From Candidatus Jorgensenbacteria bacterium (GTDB lineage Bacteria > Patescibacteriota > Minisyncoccia > UBA6257 > GWB1-50-10): a stretch of 64,000 bases of DNA. A program made the translations under genes and the position numbers. This document shows, in pieces, positions 1 to 10,394 of this stretch (within the stretch, counting starts at the first letter, position 1; each line of letters opens with the position of its first letter). The stretch lies in NCBI GenBank assembly GCA_030648515.1, contig JAUSHK010000002.1:7799-71798 (forward strand), written 5' to 3'. The notes under the pieces were generated by a model. The model made no database searches, was not told where the DNA came from, and worked only from the letters and a program-made list of their open reading frames with translations.

Positions 1-80
1 GCATTTGGAATCATTTTCACCGGGTAATCCTAATCCTCGAAATCATCCATCCAGCGAGAGCGTGCTATGCACGCTCTCTT

Positions 81-2129
81 TTATTTCTTTTTTGCCTTCG
101 CTTGAAGCTTTTTCTGCAACTGCCGAACTTCATCGCGAAGAATTGTTGCTAGCTCAAAATCCAGCTCTTGCGCCGCTTCCCGCATTTCCTTTTCTTTTTC
201 TTTAATAACACACTCAAGCTCCGCCTTTGAATTTCCGACAAGATGTAATTCCAAGTCAAGCACTTTTTTCGCAAGTTTCTCTTCCTCTTTTTCCGTCGGC
301 AGTATGCTTCTGATTTTTCTCACAATCGTGCGCGGAGTAATGTGATGTTCTTTGTTATACGCGAGCTGAATTTCGCGGCGGCGGTTTGTTTCAGAAACTG
401 CACGCTTAATGGAGCCAGTAATGGTGTCCGCGTAAAGAAATACTTCGCCCTGAACATTGCGCGCGGCGCGGCCGATGGTCTGAATAAGCGACGTTTCGCT
501 CCGCAAAAATCCTTCCTTATCCGCGTCTAAAATCGCGACAAGCGAAACCTCCGGCAGGTCAAGCCCCTCGCGAAGCAGGTTTACGCCGACAAGTACATCA
601 ATCTTCCCGCGGCGAAGGTCCGTGAGAATCCTAATGCGGTCAAGCGTCTTCACGTCACTATGCAAATACGAAACTTTTAATTTCTTTTCAGAAAGATACG
701 AACTCAAATCTTCCGCCATCTTTTTGGTAAGCGTGGTTACCAAAACCCGAGCCTTATCCCCTTTTTCCGGATTGACCCGTTCTAAAATTTTCGGAATTAA
801 ATGGTCCACTTGTCCGCGCGCAGGGAATATTGAAATCTTTGGATCAATTAAACCTGTCGGCCTAATAACTTGCTCTACGATCTGGCCGCTCTTTTTCTTT
901 TCATAATCGCTCGGCGTCGCCGACGTATAAATTATCTGTCCTACGCGCTCGCCAAATTCGTGAAATGTGAGCGGACGATTGTCGGCGGCCGAGGGCAGCC
1001 GGAATCCATACTCAATAAGCGTTTTCTTGCGCGCCGCATCACCAGCATGCATCCCTTCAATCTGCGGCACGGTAACATGCGACTCATCTATTATGGTTAA
1101 AAAATCAGCTTGCCCTGAGCCTGCCGAATGGGGAAAGTAATTAAGAAGCGTATCCGGCGGCTCCCCCGCTTTGCGTCCCGAGAGATGCCTGGAATAATTT
1201 TCTATGCCGTGGCAATATCCGACTTCGCGCATCATGGCCATATCAAACTTCGTTCTGCGCTCAAGCCGTTCCGCCTCAAGATATTTTTTGTCTTTTTCAA
1301 AAATCTCAAGCTGTTTTTTGAGCTCTTTCTTTATTTCCTCAATCGCCCTATCGCGCTCAAGCGGCGCGGTAATAAAATGTTTTGCCGGCGCGACAAACAC
1401 CTCGTGGACTTGCGGCGTTTCGTTGGGAATAAAGCCTCTCACGGGGTCAACCTCGTATATTTTTTCTATCATCCCGCTTTTAAGCGAAAAATCATAAATA
1501 ACTTCCCTGTCGGGCGGCATAATTTCCCACCGGTCGCCGCGCACGCGGAACGTTCCGCGTCTCAAATCCGTTGTAACTCTTGAAAACTGGAGCTGCACCA
1601 GTTTTTTAACAAGCTCGCCGCGGCGCATCGCATCGCTGATTCTAAATTGTAAAATATTCTGCGCGTACGCCTCGGGAGCTCCGAGACCATAAATGCAGGA
1701 AACCGAAGCGACGACAATAACGTCTTTTCGCGTCAAAAGCGCTGATGTTGCAGCGTGGCGCAGTTTGTCTATTTCGTCGTTTATCATCGCCTCTTTTTCA
1801 ATATACGTATCGGACGACGGGATGTACGCCTCCGGCTGATAGTAGTCATAATATGAAACAAAATAATGCACCGCGTTGTGCGGAAACAATTCGCGGAATT
1901 CGTTGCAAAGTTGCGCGGCAAGCGTTTTGTTGTGCGCGATAACAAGCGCCGGCTTATTCATCTTCGCGATTACATGCGCGACAGTAAATGTTTTTCCTGA
2001 ACCGGTAACGCCCAAAAGTGTCTGATGCCCCATCCCCTTTTTAAGTCCGGAAACAAGCTGCTCAATTGCTTTCGGCTGATCGCCCGCCGGTTTAAGTTCG
2101 GCATTAATTTTAAAATGATTCACGGCCAT
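81..2129 (-). CDS. uvrB: excinuclease ABC subunit B (UvrB)
   Basis: N-terminal Walker A 'GVTGSGKTFT', beta-hairpin/helicase motifs, and a C-terminal UvrB/UvrC interaction coiled coil. Full length about 680 aa. Confidence 0.95.
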   Translation of the reverse strand: MAVNHFKINAELKPAGDQPKAIEQLVSGLKKGMGHQTLLGVTGSGKTFTVAHVIAKMNKPALVIAHNKTLAAQLCNEFRELFPHNAVHYFVSYYDYYQPEAYIPSSDTYIEKEAMINDEIDKLRHAATSALLTRKDVIVVASVSCIYGLGAPEAYAQNILQFRISDAMRRGELVKKLVQLQFSRVTTDLRRGTFRVRGDRWEIMPPDREVIYDFSLKSGMIEKIYEVDPVRGFIPNETPQVHEVFVAPAKHFITAPLERDRAIEEIKKELKKQLEIFEKDKKYLEAERLERRTKFDMAMMREVGYCHGIENYSRHLSGRKAGEPPDTLLNYFPHSAGSGQADFLTIIDESHVTVPQIEGMHAGDAARKKTLIEYGFRLPSAADNRPLTFHEFGERVGQIIYTSATPSDYEKKKSGQIVEQVIRPTGLIDPKISIFPARGQVDHLIPKILERVNPEKGDKARVLVTTLTKKMAEDLSSYLSEKKLKVSYLHSDVKTLDRIRILTDLRRGKIDVLVGVNLLREGLDLPEVSLVAILDADKEGFLRSETSLIQTIGRAARNVQGEVFLYADTITGSIKRAVSETNRRREIQLAYNKEHHITPRTIVRKIRSILPTEKEEEKLAKKVLDLELHLVGNSKAELECVIKEKEKEMREAAQELDFELATILRDEVRQLQKKLQAKAKKK

Positions 2130-2134
2130 AATTT

Positions 2135-2545
2135 TTATTTAAAACGAACGGGCACGCGGATTTCAGCGTCATTTTGCGGCAGACCAGAAGGGTTGTCTTT
2201 TTTAAATACGAGGACGCCTTTTGTGGAGCTTGGCATCGTAAATTCAATTTTTGCGTTAAATGGAACAAGGTCTTCGGTCATCCAATCACCGTCCGCCTGT
2301 GCTATGCCAATGGCAAGTAGTGTGCCGCGCCCGTCTAAAAGTTTCACCGGAAAACTCGCTTCAAAAAACCAAAATCCCCTAGCCTGCCCGCTTATTAATA
2401 TAGGCGACGAGATAACCGCGTTCGGCGTGGGATTAAAAACTACAACCGGCCCGGCACAGCACAATATTTTATTATTTAAAAATATGAATAGCGCAACCGC
2501 CACTGCCAAAATCACCAGCGCTATTAAAACCGCTTTCCTTATCAT
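2135..2545 (-). CDS. hypothetical membrane-anchored protein with a Gmad2/Ig-like beta domain
   Basis: Single N-terminal TM helix followed by a beta-rich region. Only a loose resemblance to Gmad2-type domains. Confidence 0.35.
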   Translation of the reverse strand: MIRKAVLIALVILAVAVALFIFLNNKILCCAGPVVVFNPTPNAVISSPILISGQARGFWFFEASFPVKLLDGRGTLLAIGIAQADGDWMTEDLVPFNAKIEFTMPSSTKGVLVFKKDNPSGLPQNDAEIRVPVRFK

Positions 2546-2553
2546 GTTCCGTC

Positions 2554-3474
2554 TTAATCAACTGTCGGCCTCAGTTTAAAATAATCCTCGTCAATCGTCC
2601 GTACGAAGCATGTTCGCCCTTCTTTATGCGTCCAGATATTATCAATGCCGTATCCGCGTGGTTGCTGAATTTCTCCGCTTTCATAATTTCTGCTCGGAAG
2701 CGAGAACGTCGCGCACAATTCAAAGTTTTTTATTCCAGTAATTTTATACTCGTATATATTGCCAGATTTTGAATCTGGGTCCTCTGGAACAGTGAACCCG
2801 CGTAAATCATCGTTCATAACGGAAAGGCTTACGGGAAGTTTCCCCTTATTTTGCCAATAGTACACAATTTCGCTTTGTATTGTTTGAAGATCCTGTGTGC
2901 GTCGGTCGTCAAATTTTCGAACGCGTTCTGACATTGGCGAACCTACTGAAAGAAACCCGAATATTATTGCAATGATTACAATCGCTGAAGCAATATAAGC
3001 GAACGGCTTTGCGCCGATTGCTTTATTTTTAAGATCCCAAATATAAAAGCTGAAAACCATACCCGCAGTGACAAATACCGCAAGCGTCTTCAGAAGAAAC
3101 CTAACCGTGATGTCTCCTTGTAAAAACGTGTATAGAAGCGACACGAGGTCCCCAATAATGATGAGTGCGGCGATAAAAAGCGTGAAATATACAAGCCACT
3201 TTCTTATTCGCGCTTCGCGCTTTTCCGTATCTCGGGAATACTCTTTTCTAAGCGTGCGCATTGAAAACAAATACACCGGGAAAACGACTATGAGCGCCGC
3301 GATGGCTCCGCGCATCATATCCAGCGCTCCGCTGTAATAGTAGTACTGGAGCACATCGGGAAGTTGCACGTTTATATATTGGAAAGCGAGAATTAAAAAG
3401 CTCGTTGCGGAAGCATACAGCGTAACTATTGAAAGCAAGTGCATAAAGATATCTTTCGGAGAAGTTTTATTCAT
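2554..3474 (-). CDS. polytopic integral membrane protein, function unknown
   Basis: Several hydrophobic helices. No catalytic motif recognised. Confidence 0.4.
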   Translation of the reverse strand: MNKTSPKDIFMHLLSIVTLYASATSFLILAFQYINVQLPDVLQYYYYSGALDMMRGAIAALIVVFPVYLFSMRTLRKEYSRDTEKREARIRKWLVYFTLFIAALIIIGDLVSLLYTFLQGDITVRFLLKTLAVFVTAGMVFSFYIWDLKNKAIGAKPFAYIASAIVIIAIIFGFLSVGSPMSERVRKFDDRRTQDLQTIQSEIVYYWQNKGKLPVSLSVMNDDLRGFTVPEDPDSKSGNIYEYKITGIKNFELCATFSLPSRNYESGEIQQPRGYGIDNIWTHKEGRTCFVRTIDEDYFKLRPTVD

Positions 3475-3498
3475 AGTAATAAGTTTACAGTCATACGG

Positions 3499-4200
3499 TT
3501 AAATTCGCAACCAAAGCTGAAAATACGAAAGTATCTGCTGAGACATCCAAAGCGCGGTAGCGGCCGCTAGTAAAAATGGTACACCAAGCGTCGTGTATCG
3601 TTCGCTGAGCGTAACGGCGCGGATTATTGAAAGTAGAACGACAAATATAAACGTGAGCGGTACAAAAACGATTATCCCGGGCCAGCCGGCGACAAGCGCG
3701 CACACAAATCCGAGCCGCACCTCTCCTTCTTCAAAAAACCGGTCCTGGTGTTTTTTAAGTAAAAGGAGAAATTTGTAAAACAGCCACGCAAGAAAGAGCG
3801 CAAGAACAAGGTTTATCCAAAAGTGCCCCCATGAATAAAATAGAAAGTAGCCGATGCGCGTATTAAAAATTTGCGGAAACGCTTTGATAAGCGGAATGGG
3901 AAGCGATTCGCTAAGCGGCGTGTTCAGGAGCGGCTTTGAAAAAGGGCTTTGCGCCCAGAGATAATATTGTCCAACAGTGAGCGCGAGCGCGTAAAGCACC
4001 CTGAACCATATCGCATTCCGAACAAGCGTTTTGTATTTTAAAAATCGTCCACCTACAAAATAGTGCCACGCCGCGCTGAAAAGTATGAGCGCAAAAACGC
4101 CCTGCGAAATCCGCACAAGATACTGGCCAGTGAGAAATTGTTCCATATTACTGAACCACATTTTGCGGCTTGCCGTTTGCGTACGCCGCGATGTTCTCAA
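3499..4200 (-). CDS. integral membrane protein, function unknown
   Basis: Multiple TM helices. The ORF 5' end overlaps the downstream dehydrogenase gene by about 50 nt, so the true start is probably an internal Met near 4146-4161. Confidence 0.35.
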   Translation of the reverse strand: MRTSRRTQTASRKMWFSNMEQFLTGQYLVRISQGVFALILFSAAWHYFVGGRFLKYKTLVRNAIWFRVLYALALTVGQYYLWAQSPFSKPLLNTPLSESLPIPLIKAFPQIFNTRIGYFLFYSWGHFWINLVLALFLAWLFYKFLLLLKKHQDRFFEEGEVRLGFVCALVAGWPGIIVFVPLTFIFVVLLSIIRAVTLSERYTTLGVPFLLAAATALWMSQQILSYFQLWLRI

Positions 4201-5197
4201 TGGTGATTTTCAAAATCCGCATGAGCGCTTCCTGCGAATTAAACGCGTTGTGCGGCGTAATAAGCACGTTCGGCATATTTATAAGCGCGTGTTCCTGAAG
4301 CATTGTTTGCAATTTTCCCGCCTCCACTTTCCCCTCGCTTAAAAACTTCAGCTCGTCTTTTATGTCGCCCTCCTCCTCAAGCACGTCAAGCCCCGCACCG
4401 GCAAGTATTTCTTCGCGCAATGCAAAAAGCAGCGCACCGGTTTCTAGAACGCCGCCGCGCGCGGTGTTAATCAGGTACGAACCGCGTTTCATAACGCGGA
4501 TATTATCCAAATTGATAAGATGGTGCGTCGCCTCGTTATAAGGAACATGAAGCGAAACAATATCGGACTGCTGGAGCAAATCGTGAAGCGGGACGTATGT
4601 GAACCCCAAACTTTGCGCAAGTTCATCGTCTTGTTTTGGGTCGTATGCAAGCACGTTCATCCCGAATCCTTTCGCGATTGTTATCATTTCTCTCCCTATT
4701 CTCCCTGTTCCGACAACGCCAATTGTCTTTCCTTTGATATCTACCCCGCGCAAGCCGCGAAGCGAAAAATCTTCGGCTTCTTTAATCTGGTCAATCGCGC
4801 GATAGATTTTTCTTGTAAGGCTCAATATAAGCCCGAACGCGAATTCCGCAACGGTATTGTCACCATACCCGGGAACATAGGAAACCGTGATGCCACGCTT
4901 TTTGCACGCGGCAAGGTCAATGTGGTCAAACCCCGTGGAACGCGTGGCAATGAATTTGAGTTGCGGAAACTGGTCAAGCACCGCGCCATCAACTCGCGAG
5001 TCAACAAATATCGACATCGCCTCAGTATCCCGCGCCGCCGCGCCCCACTCATGCGCTTTCCCTAAAACAAATTGAAACTCATGCCCAGCCTGTCCTGAGC
5101 CGGCTTGCAGTGAGCTTGTTGAACCTGTCGAAGGAGCGAGTTCTTTTTTGACGATTTCTTCCTCCCATCCCTCCAATTCAAAAAACGCGATTTTCAT
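4148..5197 (-). CDS. D-isomer-specific 2-hydroxyacid dehydrogenase (D-lactate / phosphoglycerate dehydrogenase family)
   Basis: NAD-binding motif 'GVVGTGRIGREM'. Conserved catalytic-region pattern of D-2-hydroxyacid dehydrogenases. A low-complexity S/T/G/Q insert sits near the N-terminus. Confidence 0.85.
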   Translation of the reverse strand: MKIAFFELEGWEEEIVKKELAPSTGSTSSLQAGSGQAGHEFQFVLGKAHEWGAAARDTEAMSIFVDSRVDGAVLDQFPQLKFIATRSTGFDHIDLAACKKRGITVSYVPGYGDNTVAEFAFGLILSLTRKIYRAIDQIKEAEDFSLRGLRGVDIKGKTIGVVGTGRIGREMITIAKGFGMNVLAYDPKQDDELAQSLGFTYVPLHDLLQQSDIVSLHVPYNEATHHLINLDNIRVMKRGSYLINTARGGVLETGALLFALREEILAGAGLDVLEEEGDIKDELKFLSEGKVEAGKLQTMLQEHALINMPNVLITPHNAFNSQEALMRILKITIENIAAYANGKPQNVVQ

Positions 5198-5278
5198 TCC
5201 GTTTATTATACAACTCTTAATCCTCGCTACAAATAAAAAGGGACGCTTTCGTGCGCCCCCATGTGTCGTTTATAACGG

Positions 5279-5941
5279 TTAGTCATAGTCATAGAAAGAA
5301 ACCGGAGTGCTGTATGGCCCGATGATGACCTTTATTTTTGATTTGTTTTTTACAAGAACAAGGTATTCGGCTGGTCCTCCTACAAGCTTTACCTTACCAT
5401 TACTAAGAACTAATATGCGGTTTTTTAACTTTTGCAACCAATCTTTTTTAGCACGAGGGACTTCTAAGGCATTAAGGAAAGCGAAGTAAATTGTTTCTTT
5501 GTCAAACTCATTAGAAAAATCCGGACATTTCATTTCACTCATCGCTTGGGCTGTCATTTCATAGAGTTCATCGTAGGTGGGTGGTGTATAATTTCCACCA
5601 TGCTTTTGTTGTACGATGAGATAATTGATTGCGAATGAAGCGTCGGTTTTGTCGCTCCGGAATTTTTTACCGGTTAATTCCTCAGGAGTCTTCACTCCGA
5701 AATAACAAAGGAGGTACTTTCCTTCTGTGTAGGTTATCCCGGAATTAAAAATCCGTTTGTCTCCCTCAACTGACACATCATACATATATATCGCGAGCGA
5801 ATCCGTGGCCGCTTTTTGACAAAATGGATTTTTGTAAACCTTTACAAATTTCCAGATTACCGAATTTTCACTCGCATATACTTGGGTAATCGTCAAAAAG
5901 AATACAAACAAAATTACCATACCGAAAAATTTTCTTTTCAT
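5279..5941 (-). CDS. secreted hypothetical protein
   Basis: N-terminal signal peptide 'MKRKFFGMVILFVFFLTITQVYA'. No recognised domain. Confidence 0.4.
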   Translation of the reverse strand: MKRKFFGMVILFVFFLTITQVYASENSVIWKFVKVYKNPFCQKAATDSLAIYMYDVSVEGDKRIFNSGITYTEGKYLLCYFGVKTPEELTGKKFRSDKTDASFAINYLIVQQKHGGNYTPPTYDELYEMTAQAMSEMKCPDFSNEFDKETIYFAFLNALEVPRAKKDWLQKLKNRILVLSNGKVKLVGGPAEYLVLVKNKSKIKVIIGPYSTPVSFYDYD

Positions 5942-6053
5942 CTTCTGTTACTCCCTCTAATTAAATATAATTGTGTAATTGTGAACGAGCTTTACTCTAG
6001 TATACAGTTTACCACACCAATAACGATTTAGTCAATACCCCAAACCTCTGGGT

Positions 6054-8453
6054 TTACCCCGCCACTTTCGCGATTTTCAAAATAGTGGGAATCACAGTAT
6101 CCGGATTCAAAGACATGCTTAAAATCCCCTCCTCAACAAGGAACGCGGCGAAGTCGGGATAGTCCGACGGCGCCTGGCCGCAAATACCGATATATTTATT
6201 GTGATCTCTGCATTTACGAATGATTGTTTTAATCATTTCTTTCACCGCCTCATTATTCTCATTTGAAACGTGCGAAACAATTCCCGAATCGCGGTCTAAT
6301 CCCAAGACCAATTGCGTCAAGTCATTTGAACCGATGGACATTCCGTCAAAAACCCCGAGAAATTCATTCGCCAAAATGATGTTTGATGGAATTTCGCACA
6401 TCACATAAACCTTGAGCGACTCGTCTTGTTTTCTATCAAGCCCGAACTCTACCATCGTTTCAATGACTTTCTTCCCTTCTTCCGGCGTCCGGCAAAACGG
6501 AATCATCGGAATTATGTTCGTAAGCCCCATATCCTCACGCACGCGCTTCATCGCCTTGCATTCCAGTCCGAACGCCGCCTTGAATTTCGGGTCGTAATAC
6601 CGAGACGCCCCGCGCCATCCAAGCATCGGGTTTTCCTCTTTCGGCTCGTATGCCTCCCCGCCTAGCAAGGTTTTATATTCGTTTGTTTTAAAATCCGAAA
6701 ACCGCACAATAACGGGGCGCGGATAAAACGCCGCTCCGATTTTCGCGATTCCATACGAAAGCTTTTCAACATAAAACTGCGTTTTGTTTTCGTATCCAAC
6801 TGTCTTTTTATCAATTTCTTTCACAAGCTTCGGGTCTTTTAGCTTCTTATAGTTTATAAGCGCCATCGGGTGAATGCCGATTTGTGAAGCAATAATAAAT
6901 TCCTCGCGCGCGAGACCGACGCCGTGAACCGGCAAAAATGACGTTTCAAACGCCATATCCGGCATCGCGATATTTACCATCACGTCCGTGCGAAGCTTCG
7001 GAAGCTGGCGTACATCATGCTCTTTTATCTCAAACGGTATCGCGCCCTTAAATACATAACCCTCGCTTCCAGTCGTGTCCACGGTAATCACGTCGCCGGT
7101 TTTTATTTTCTTCGTTGCCCGCTCCGTTCCCACAATGCACGGGATGCCAAGCTCGCGCGAAACGATTGCCGCGTGCGACGTGCGTCCGCCCTTATCAGTC
7201 ACGATTGCGGATGAAATTTTCATAATCGGCTCCCAGTCGGGGTCCGTCATATCCGTAACTAAAACTTCGCCGTGCTTAAAATCATTGATATTCTTCGGGT
7301 CCAAGATAACGCGCGCCTTGCCCGTGGCGATTTTATTTCCGACTGATGCTCCTTTTACAATCTCAATCCCCTTTCCTTTCTTAATGTATTCCGTAACTTT
7401 TGAAAAATCCCGTCCGGCTTGCACCGTTTCCGGCCGCGCCTGGACCAAAAACAGTTCTCCGGTCACGCCGTCCTTCGCCCATTCCAAATCCATGGGCGTC
7501 CACTTGCTGTGAACTTTTGAGTAATGTTCCTCAACGAGCATTCCCCACACGGCGAGCTTCGCAACTTCCTTGTCGGAAATTACAAACTTTGCCTGTTCGC
7601 TTTCGCTTACTGGAACAACTTTTGTCTGTCTGAGCCCCGCGCCGGCGGAATAAATCATTTTTCGGTTCTTCTTTCCGAGTGCGCGTGAGATAATCGGATC
7701 TTTCACTTTTCCTAGTGTTTTTTTGAAAACAAAAAACTCATCGGGGGTTACTTCTCCCTGCACGATAAGCTCGCCCAAACCCCAGATTCCGTTTATCAAA
7801 ACGACGTCGCGGAAACCGGACTCCGTGTCAAGCGTAAACATCACGCCCGACACGCCCTTGTCCGCGCGCACCATTTTTTGCACGCCGACCGAGAGCGCGA
7901 TTTTAAAATGGTCAAATCCTTTGTCTTTTCGGTATGAAATCGCGCGATTTGTAAAAAGCGAAGCCATTGATGCGCGAACCGCGTTTAAAACTCCGGCCGT
8001 GCCGCGCATATTTAAAAATGTCTCATGCTGGCCAGCGAAGCTCGCATCTGGTAAATCTTCCGCTGTCGCGCTTGAACGCACCGCGACGTCAACATTCCGC
8101 CCGTATTCCTTTTCCATCTTTTTGTACTCCTCGGAAATCGCGAGCTCCAAAACCTGCGGAAGCGGCGTTTTCTTGATCATAGTGCGGATTTCCTCTCCGC
8201 GCTTTTCCAAATCCCTCAAATTTTTCGTATTAAGCCCCTCAAGAATTTCCTTAATCCTTTTTTTGAGTCCTGTTTTTTCAAGAAAAAAATTATATGCCTC
8301 CGCTGTCACGGCAAATCCGCCGGGGACATTTACGCCTTTCGGTTTCAGTGCCTGAATCATTTCGCCGAGTGAGGCGTTCTTTCCGCCAACGCGCGGAACG
8401 TCTTTTATGCCGACATCCTCCAACCGAACCGTAAAAATAAATTTCTCGTGCAT
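6054..8453 (-). CDS. ppsA: phosphoenolpyruvate synthase (pyruvate, water dikinase)
   Basis: N-terminal ATP-grasp 'DVPRVGGKNASLGEM', central phosphohistidine domain, and C-terminal PEP-utilising TIM barrel. Likely start is 'MHEKFIF' at 8453, because a terminator hairpin lies at 8493-8521 inside the longer ORF. Confidence 0.9.
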   Translation of the reverse strand: MHEKFIFTVRLEDVGIKDVPRVGGKNASLGEMIQALKPKGVNVPGGFAVTAEAYNFFLEKTGLKKRIKEILEGLNTKNLRDLEKRGEEIRTMIKKTPLPQVLELAISEEYKKMEKEYGRNVDVAVRSSATAEDLPDASFAGQHETFLNMRGTAGVLNAVRASMASLFTNRAISYRKDKGFDHFKIALSVGVQKMVRADKGVSGVMFTLDTESGFRDVVLINGIWGLGELIVQGEVTPDEFFVFKKTLGKVKDPIISRALGKKNRKMIYSAGAGLRQTKVVPVSESEQAKFVISDKEVAKLAVWGMLVEEHYSKVHSKWTPMDLEWAKDGVTGELFLVQARPETVQAGRDFSKVTEYIKKGKGIEIVKGASVGNKIATGKARVILDPKNINDFKHGEVLVTDMTDPDWEPIMKISSAIVTDKGGRTSHAAIVSRELGIPCIVGTERATKKIKTGDVITVDTTGSEGYVFKGAIPFEIKEHDVRQLPKLRTDVMVNIAMPDMAFETSFLPVHGVGLAREEFIIASQIGIHPMALINYKKLKDPKLVKEIDKKTVGYENKTQFYVEKLSYGIAKIGAAFYPRPVIVRFSDFKTNEYKTLLGGEAYEPKEENPMLGWRGASRYYDPKFKAAFGLECKAMKRVREDMGLTNIIPMIPFCRTPEEGKKVIETMVEFGLDRKQDESLKVYVMCEIPSNIILANEFLGVFDGMSIGSNDLTQLVLGLDRDSGIVSHVSNENNEAVKEMIKTIIRKCRDHNKYIGICGQAPSDYPDFAAFLVEEGILSMSLNPDTVIPTILKIAKVAG

Positions 8454-8492
8454 TGATGTAAGTATAGCATTGAGAAATGGGGAATAACAAAA

Positions 8493-8521
8493 ACCTCGTT
8501 CCAAAAATCGAAACGAGGTTA
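8493..8521 (-). terminator. rho-independent terminator for the upstream 8536..9162 gene
   Basis: 9-bp perfect stem 'aacctcgtt/aacgaggtt'. On the minus strand it is followed by a T-run. Confidence 0.5.
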
Positions 8522-8535
8522 AAGATTAAAAAACA

Positions 8536-9162
8536 CTAACTCATGCGCCACAAAGCCGCGGGGCTAAAAGCATCCCAATTGACATAGAAACAACGGTGAG
8601 TAGAGCCCCACTCAGCACTAATAGTATTCCAGAAGAGATATCTGACGCATGGATGGCCTGATTGATAATCATATATTGTCCCCCAGAAAAAAATGTTTTT
8701 GGGTTTCCAGCTTTCTGGTATTAGATGCTTATATTTTAAGAAATGATCAAGGATATTAACATTCAGTACAGGCTCATTCTTTAATTCCTTGTACAATTTG
8801 TAGCCATCAATACCCACAGTATCAGGTGTCCAAAGTTTCACTTGTGTTTCTATTTTCGCTGGTTCCAACATAAAGAGACCGTTCTTTTTATGCTTCTTTA
8901 CTTTACATCCGGTAGGAACAAACGGAGGAGCATCACAGTCGACAATATATTGTAATAGCTTGATGTCCGAATGGCCAAGTTGTACCTGAAGCATATCATG
9001 GAAAAGTGTAGGATGTTCAGCTAAATTATTCAAAAGTTCTGGGGTATATCCCTGTTCTTCAGCTGTGAGAAGAAGTTTGTGGGCAAGACCCACTACGGAA
9101 AACTCGGATTTCGCTGACATAAGCGATTCCTCCTTGTTTTTAGCGACTATCCTTGCGGACAT
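8536..9162 (-). CDS. hypothetical protein
   Basis: 208-aa ORF with coding-like composition. No motif recognised. Confidence 0.4.
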   Translation of the reverse strand: MSARIVAKNKEESLMSAKSEFSVVGLAHKLLLTAEEQGYTPELLNNLAEHPTLFHDMLQVQLGHSDIKLLQYIVDCDAPPFVPTGCKVKKHKKNGLFMLEPAKIETQVKLWTPDTVGIDGYKLYKELKNEPVLNVNILDHFLKYKHLIPESWKPKNIFFWGTIYDYQSGHPCVRYLFWNTISAEWGSTHRCFYVNWDAFSPAALWRMS

Positions 9163-9269
9163 TGTCGCGTGTTTAAATATTACAATGAACTGTAGTTACA
9201 TAGTACTACAAGAAATTACTTATGTCAAACAAAACCCGCCGCGACCAAACTAAAGTGCAATGTAATTTT

Positions 9270-10238
9270 TCAATCAACAAGACGTAAAAGCGCGCTCCGC
9301 AACTTGACAGGGTCGTGAGAAAAAACATCGGTTTCGTCTACGAGATCTGCCTGAGTAACGGGGATGCCGCACACACACGCGTTATCCGTCATGAGCATCT
9401 GTATTGGTTTGCGGAATTGTATTTTTTTATTATTAACCAAAACCAGGTCAACAATTTTCTTGTTTGTGTTGTTTAATAAGCTATCAACGTGATCGTCCAA
9501 ATTAAAACCCCTGGTTTCCGATAATTTAATGGCGGTGTTTGCGATATACACTTTTTTAGCTTTTGATTTTAGAACGGCGTTTTTAATTCCAGGGATCAGC
9601 AAGTTTGGCAAAACGCTGCCATGAAGGGCGCCGGGACCAATAACCACTAGGTCGGCTGCGAGAATTTTTGAAATTGCTTCGGGATTTGCACGCACAGTTG
9701 AAACCCCGGGCGTCTGACATTCAAGCGAAAGTTTTTCAATCCGGAATTTCTTGGCGCGCGGAATCCGGTGTGAAATATTGTGCTGCCCAACAATAACACC
9801 ATCGTTCTTCAACCTTGCTTTTAAAACAATATTATCAAACGTGGAAGGAAATACTCCGTGAGTCGGTTTTATCCCCATACTCCTTGCGGCAGCCGAAATT
9901 CCCTCGCGCAACCCGCCAAAAACATCAACCAGCGCCACAAGAATAATATTTCCCGTGACATGCCCCTCAATATCCTGCGCGCCGTTGCCCCAGCGATTAT
10001 TCCCAAAGCGGTGCGGAAACACGCGGGTTAGCAACTTATCTTCGTCGGCAAACGCCGCGAGACATTGGCGCAAATCGCCCACCGCCGGAGCATTGTGATA
10101 TTTTCGCAGCCGGCCCGTTGAGCCGCCGTCATCGGCCATCGTCACGATAGCAGAGAGATTTGTGATATCTTCTTTAAGCGCTCTGATTACTTTTGATTGG
10201 CCGGTGCCTCCGCCGATAACGACAATTTTTTTATCCAT
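9270..10238 (-). CDS. gluconeogenesis factor / UPF0052 family protein (YvcK/CofD-like)
   Basis: 'KIVVIGGGTG' N-terminus and 'DDGGSTGRLR...GDLRQCL', characteristic of the YvcK/CofD family. Start taken at 'MDKKIV'. Confidence 0.8.
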   Translation of the reverse strand: MDKKIVVIGGGTGQSKVIRALKEDITNLSAIVTMADDGGSTGRLRKYHNAPAVGDLRQCLAAFADEDKLLTRVFPHRFGNNRWGNGAQDIEGHVTGNIILVALVDVFGGLREGISAAARSMGIKPTHGVFPSTFDNIVLKARLKNDGVIVGQHNISHRIPRAKKFRIEKLSLECQTPGVSTVRANPEAISKILAADLVVIGPGALHGSVLPNLLIPGIKNAVLKSKAKKVYIANTAIKLSETRGFNLDDHVDSLLNNTNKKIVDLVLVNNKKIQFRKPIQMLMTDNACVCGIPVTQADLVDETDVFSHDPVKLRSALLRLVD

Positions 10239-10394
10239 AGTCGCTTTATAGCATTCCACACGCCAGTTATTTGTTCAACACCGTTAGAAATCACGCCCGC
10301 GTCTTCGCGCCCAAAGGGCCTATGGGCGGGCTATTTCTAACGGGGCAAATAAAAAAACCGCTGGTCGGATTTCCCTACTGAGCGGCAAAATATT

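Noticed and set aside
622-1583. Several + strand ORFs of 76-151 aa inside uvrB, and similar antisense ORFs inside ppsA, typA, hsdR/hsdM and the RNR gene
   Set aside because: They lie fully antisense to or out-of-frame within well-supported long genes and have low-complexity translations. They are treated as spurious.
3499-4200. Possible type IV prepilin peptidase
   Set aside because: It is a polytopic membrane protein, but I could not find the paired catalytic Asp motifs. It is left as an unknown membrane protein.
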